From assembly GCF_964355755.1 (NCBI RefSeq), contig NC_092671.1, positions 22,394,070-22,458,069 of the forward strand: DNA of 64,000 nt, given 5' to 3'. Shown piece by piece: positions 58,311 through 64,000 of this stretch; position 1 is the first letter of the stretch, and each line of letters begins with the position of its first letter. Source of the stretch: Antedon mediterranea. Lineage: Eukaryota; Animalia; Echinodermata. A program made the translations under genes and the position numbers. The notes beneath the pieces were generated by a model. That model saw only the letters and a list, made by a program, of their open reading frames with translations. It had not been told where the DNA came from and did not search any database.

Positions 58311-59699
58311 GTGATTTTTTAATTAATTATAAGTCATTTTCAACTTTTCAATGCAGTTCTCTGTCTAATTAACCATCCATCTTCTATTTAATACTGCATT
58401 ATAATTCTAAAATCACCATCAATTGTAGACTAGTATATCCAATCTAAGAGCAACTTCTTTTGAAGACTACAGTCCATTTCAAATTTTCAATACAGGTCTC
58501 CCTCACCCACTACATTCTATTAATACTTCCCCCTACCCCAATTTTAAAAGCATCTTCAATAGTAGACTATCGTATCCATTCTAAGAGCTACAATAGTTAC
58601 TGTTACCATGAATAGGCCTAATAAGTTCAATTTATCCACGGAGGCCCAGATCAACACATGGTTGCTCTTCCCAGCTTCTCGAACTTCACTAAATTCTTAT
58701 TGGATGCTACACACACAGATCCTCTCAATTTGAGATGCAGACAAACATGTTCATACATGCATACATGACATACATACTGTACATTAATTAAACAAATATC
58801 TAGTCAAATGTGTGTACGACAGGGTCATTGATTAGAAATTGAGCAACGCATTGCTTTTTCAAACTTTGACATCCATTTGACAGTTTTCCTTTGAGCACCC
58901 ACAGCTTAAAACTTAAAATCTATCCGTTTTAAAGGCAGGCTGTGTATCGAGTCTCTAAGATGAGGAGTGCCATAATCTGTCTTCATATACAAAATGAAGA
59001 TTTTAATTGTTAAATACATATGTTGACATAGTGTGGACAAAAAAACAAAAATAAACAAGTCTATGCACACTTTGGACAATAATCGCTCTGATTGGGAAAG
59101 TCTTGTTAAGTGCGCTATGTCACAAGATGTTCAGCGTTGATTGAAATGTGGAGAAAAATGGAACCGTTCTTTTCATATTGATTTCATCATGCAACAATAT
59201 GTCAAATACTTTGATCATACACCTACCGTGTATACGTTTATGTACTGTATGTAAGTTTTTTTAATATTGTGAGTTATATTAAATATTTATGTTTGTTTGT
59301 AGAGCACAACGTTTCTAAAATAGAGAAAATGGCACTGACTGAAAAGGTACAGTATCTTATGTTAAAATGTCAGACTATGCGAATGAATCTAAGGAAAAGA
59401 CTTCACTGAGTGCTAGCAGTGGATCTAATCAACTATTGAAAGTATTAAGCCTAAAGAAATAAAATATTAAGAATATTTATCTGTTTGCCAGTCCAAACTT
59501 CTAGGATTCTCTTTATTTGCCTTCTTTAGAAACTTAACAAGATTATATAATCGTTGGGAAAACTAACATTAACAGCTTTATCACTCATTATATCTGGTCA
59601 TTAATGCTAATGATTTTTATATTTTTAATTAATAAACAATTTGTTGAATCATGGCAATGATTGTTAATAGATTAAGAGAAAATAATTATAAATAGACCA

Positions 59700-59965
59700 C
59701 CATGGTTCCTTAGGCAGGATGCTTTACTCTCATTGCCTCATCCTTCGGATGAGATGTAAAGCTGTTGGTCCCGTGTACTTAACAGTGCACATTAAAGAAC
59801 GTGGTACACTGTTTGAAAAAAGTAGGGGACTGTCTCCTGGTGTGCTGATCTGGTAGGCGCTGCACTGCTGGCTGTCGAGGGTCCGTGGAGGGCCTAATAT
59901 AAATTTCCTCAGTTTCCAGTTAAGCTTGAGGACCACAATAATACATGTTTAAACATTAACAACAA
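59700..59965 (+). mobile_element. DeuSINE-like SINE body
   Basis: CCTTCGGATGAGATGTAAA..GGTCC..TTAAAGAAC..CACTGTTTGAAAAAAGTAGGGGA..CTCCTGGTGTGCTG resembles the Deu core domain as I recall it. Confidence 0.6.
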
Positions 59966-60101
59966 AACTAAACTGTACAGGTTGTGTTAAAATAAAGGAA
60001 CATTCTCACATTGGAAAGTACTATAATTGTAACTTTTTTTTTCCTGAGGTTTGTGTCTGGCACTTGTTCATTCGATTGTGACACTTATTTATTTCTTTCA
60101 G

Positions 60102-62041
60102 ATTTTTATGAGCCACATTATTCAGTTGTTTTCTTGGATATTGGAGAAGTTACTGTAGAAAGTCCATCGTTTGTACGTGAATATACATTTCATAATGGCT
60201 TCAGTCCTGCTATCGGGATGCAATTCAGGATAATGTAATTCACCACACAGTTGGAGCAGGTAAGCAATGCCAAAATACTTCTCTTTTCCTTATATAGTAA
60301 CTTAAATTTTAGATTAATCTGCTGTTCTGTAGCAATTGTTTATTTAGGTGACTGTTTCTTAATTGTAACTTTGATATTACTCAGGTATTATTGAATGGGG
60401 GAGTGATCATCAAATCCTGCAAAACCTAGTAACACATTCTTTCCTGGTACATATCAAGACCGCTACAATGCTGAGGATATATCGTGGGCAGCAGATATTA
60501 CAAATCTAGAGCTCCAGAGATGTCATCCTACAAGACAACACTGTGGCCGGCTCTGAAAGGGTGCTGTATCATATCAGTGGGGAGATATGTGACGTTGAAA
60601 GTCAATGGAGCAACAACAAAGGCCATACTTCTTTGCACGGTGTTCATCTTATGATGGTCAAGGAGACTGCAAACAGATTGCCTTTTCCAAATTTCGAGGT
60701 CCGTTGAATTGTAATGACTGATCTTGTTCTTGCTGACAACAACATCGGGGTGATGCCATTTGTCATTGAGCCATCTTCTCTTAGTCATGAAGCTGTTGAT
60801 AAGTATTTGTGAGAATGGAGTCATCGTTTATAATTGGTACAAGCCTATATTCTTTGATTGCGATGAGTTACAGGTAGGTTCAGTAAGATTTAACATTAAA
60901 TAGCATGTAGAATGTTACAAACCAAATACTGTATATATTATGTAATTATTATGAATTAGATTAGATAATGTATAAATGTAAAACTCATAATGAATGAAAC
61001 AATGTTAATGACGATGAAATAAAAGTGGGAAACGCCAAAAAAAAAAAAAGATATAAACTTTTTTATTATTCATTTTAAAAGATGTATTTATTTCTTTTTT
61101 TCAATGTTATTATATTGTCATTTTGGGGAACTATATTTTGCATTGTGTCAAATAAAATTAATGTATAGATATTATATATGCATACTTGACTTTCACTTGA
61201 AAGGAAATTTGTCAAAGGACTTTCTTACTCTTCTACCTTCTTTTTTCTTAACGTGTACTGATAATGCCATTCAATTGTGTAATCAGTCACGTAATTTATA
61301 AATTCTGATTAAAATATTACATTTTCCCATTAACATTTTCATGTAAATATTTCAGAATCAACAGGAGAATGCCGGTCAAAGTGCAAAACAGCGTGCACCT
61401 TGTGGTCCAGACAACGGTGATAATGGTGCTCCATTTTTTCCATTTCATGGTATACATAATTACCCAGCTATTGCTGGAAGAACAAGATTGCAAGGTATGT
61501 AAAAGCATGACATAATCTGGTCCTTACATGGACAAACCTAGTCCTTACTTGGACAAACCAACAACTGCCATTGTTTGAATTATATTGCAGGAAAATGCAA
61601 GGTTACAATGTATTATACTCATACTGTTTACACATGAAGCTGAATGCTTAATTGGATAAACATAAAAATGCTATTGTATCCAAGTTATCACCACCGTAAT
61701 GTTGAGGTTGTCCCTTAGTAACTGTTTTATCATAAAATATGTCTTTAGTATCAGAATACATTTTTGGTGAAACTTACCAAATGAATATATTTCAACATAC
61801 TTATTCATTTACAAATAAAGTTATTTTGTTCTTTCTTATCAATAGATGTCACATTCGCTCATTTAGATACTGCGTGTAATAAAGATCATTACGCTATTAT
61901 GACCAATCCATCAAGTGATGATGGTATCCACCCATTCATGTCCGCTGTAGGTACAAAGATGGTAACAGTCAGAGAGGAGAACAGGGTTTACATACATATA
62001 CCTAATTTAGGGTAAGTACTAATAGTATTTATCCTATATAC
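60102..62041 (+). pseudogene. PKHD1L1: Fibrocystin-L (PKHD1L1-like) pseudogene fragment, copy 3, truncated by LTR insertion
   Basis: Collinear with 53820-55610; DIGEVTVESPSFVREYTFHNGFSPAIG, GIIEWGSDHQILQNLV. Confidence 0.85.
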
Positions 62042-62638
62042 TGTGATATAAAGATATACTTTTATATTTAAGAAATTGACCTTTGTATCGGAATTCAAAT
62101 AGGTTCACAAACTTGACCCAGAAAGTCCAAAGGAGAGTTTGTCCAGATGTTTTAATGACCATTTAGTTTATAATAGAATCCCTAAAGAAAACACTTAGCT
62201 TAATTTTGTGACTTTCCCATCGTTAAACCAGGAGTGATCGACACTATTTAAGTACAGATTTGACAGTGTCATCCATCACAGAAATACCTTATTATACCGT
62301 TAATCACTCCCACTTAAACACCCCTGGATCAACTTAGGACCAATCGTTACCCTCACAGATTACGTAATTGACATATGCTAATGAACTGAGCCAATATACT
62401 CCCAAGTTTCAGAAGGGCCCAGACACACCTTACAGCCACCTCACGGAGCACACACCTCACAGCAGACCTACACACTTCACACCTCACCGACAGCATCATT
62501 GATCGTCCGTTCCTTATCTATACTTATAGTTGTATATTGTACTGAAGTATTATACTGAATAAATAATATATGTGTTACGACAGTCAAGCGAGTCAGAGTC
62601 CTTCATTAGTACCTCAAGAACCGCAACATTATATTACA
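62042..62638 (+). mobile_element. 5' LTR (597 bp) of Gypsy-like retrotransposon
   Basis: Ends TGTGATAT...ATATTACA (inverted); AATAAA at ~62558; PBS-like TGGTGGAAGACC directly at 62639; paralogue homology (55601) breaks exactly at the start. Confidence 0.88.
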
Positions 62639-63314
62639 TGGTGGAAGACCCAAATTTCATAAGGAACGGAGTGAGAAAACAAGAAATAAACACTTAACAA
62701 GACACGAAGACGAAGACGAAGACAATAATAACCATATTTGTTTGAAAGGAGAGAAATTTACTTTGACTCAAAAGACAAGCTGAAATTATATTTGAATGAG
62801 ATCGAGACAAGCAGAAATTTGATCAAATTATTACCATTGGATGAAGACAAAGAAGATAATCGAGGAAGACACAAAAGACAAGCTGAAATTATATTTGAAT
62901 GAAATCGAGACAAGCAGAAATTTTATGAAATTATAACCATTGGATAAAGACAAAGAAGATAATCGAGGAAGACCCAAGAAGAATCAAAACAGAAGCAAGC
63001 GGACAAGAACTGTTTCGTTTAGAGACTTTCAACTTCACGCCGTTTTTTTTTTCGATCGTTTTTTTTAACATTTACTTTTTTGAACATTGATGAACACCTT
63101 TCGCATTTTTTTTTAATTCGTTGTTTGAACATTTAAACATTTTTGAACACTTTTGCATTCTTTTAATTCATTTTAATTGGATCCGAAGCATTTGGGGTAA
63201 GTCAAAACCATTTTGATTTTGATTTGTAACCTTGATTGAAAAAGTGAGAGTTTACATATATATATATACACTAAATTGTTTTTGATATTTGATTAATAAT
63301 TAATATTATAAAGT

Positions 63315-64000
63315 ATGGTCGACGTTGTTGATAACGAAGTAATTTTAAATGAGCCCGTCAATCCTCACCCCGTGCCCCACCTAAGACAAACCGATTTCCT
63401 TCCCAAAAGATATGACGGTTCCATAACCGATCACGACCAATGTAGTGCACATTACTTATCGTTTACCGACTACCTTGAGGCCCACACGTTAGAAAACCCT
63501 GTAAACAATGCCCAATTAATTAATGTAATAAGTATTTTTAAACGTAGCCTTCAGGGCCAAGCTAGACTCTGGATTGAGGGAAAGCAGTTCGATTCACTAG
63601 AATCCTTAAAAACCCAATTCATCAACAGGTTTAGTAAAAACAAATCAATCTATGCGCACATAAGAGAATACGATTCAATTACATACACCACTGGCGACAA
63701 CGCCGAAAAACACTTGACCAAAATCAAACAAGCTGCAGACAGAATTGGATACGCTGACCAGCAGATAAAGAATAAATTTATTTCGACCCTTCCACCAAAA
63801 TGTAGAGCAGCTGTAGCCATGTCCACCCCAATCGATGCCACTATTGAAAATATTGTAAATAGCACACAAAATTACCTTGACCTTTCCGTAGATGATGCCA
63901 CACGGGAAGTTTCATTCAATATCAATAAGGAAACAGATAGGCCTAATAGTCTCGAATCGCTCCAACATGAGATAAATTCTCTCAAGTTAGACATGGCCAC
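63315..64000 (+). CDS. gag: Gag-like protein of Gypsy-type LTR retrotransposon (open, runs off window)
   Basis: MVDVVDNE..FLPKRYDGS..FKRSLQGQARLWI..LKTQFINRF..IKNKFISTLP; 228 codons with no stop; absent from the supplied ORF track because unterminated. Confidence 0.85.
   Translation, partial: MVDVVDNEVILNEPVNPHPVPHLRQTDFLPKRYDGSITDHDQCSAHYLSFTDYLEAHTLENPVNNAQLINVISIFKRSLQGQARLWIEGKQFDSLESLKTQFINRFSKNKSIYAHIREYDSITYTTGDNAEKHLTKIKQAADRIGYADQQIKNKFISTLPPKCRAAVAMSTPIDATIENIVNSTQNYLDLSVDDATREVSFNINKETDRPNSLESLQHEINSLKLDMA

Noticed and set aside
63650-63869. Two minus-strand ORFs
   Set aside because: Antisense to the open gag frame.

Overview
AT-rich eukaryotic (metazoan, probably invertebrate deuterostome) genomic DNA; no prokaryotic genes and no intact host gene. 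1-22 kb is two satellite arrays (a GA-rich 19-bp unit, then an ~88-bp unit with higher-order repeats). The 88-bp array is invaded by nested TEs: a CR1/L2 LINE fragment holding two nested Helentron/HINE-like elements, and an Academ DNA transposon holding a 5'-inverted (twin-primed) L1/Tx1 insertion. 22-62 kb is a mosaic of local segmental duplications: three decayed copies of fibrocystin-L (PKHD1L1-like) exons, an ~10-kb triplicated block with an unidentified spliced pseudogene, and RTE, Penelope, DIRS, Kolobok-like, hAT-like, Helitron and SINE pieces. The window ends in the 5' LTR and open gag of a Gypsy-like element. The most unusual signal is short de novo inserts at TA (TA-GGCC-TA, TA-GCC-TA, TA-CAG-TA), provable by comparing duplicated copies. 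They pile up in dense fields just downstream of putative first exons, together with a 29-bp palindrome flanked by a 7-bp TSD. I interpret these as accumulated transposon excision footprints (inference). All family assignments come from recognised motifs, not database searches.
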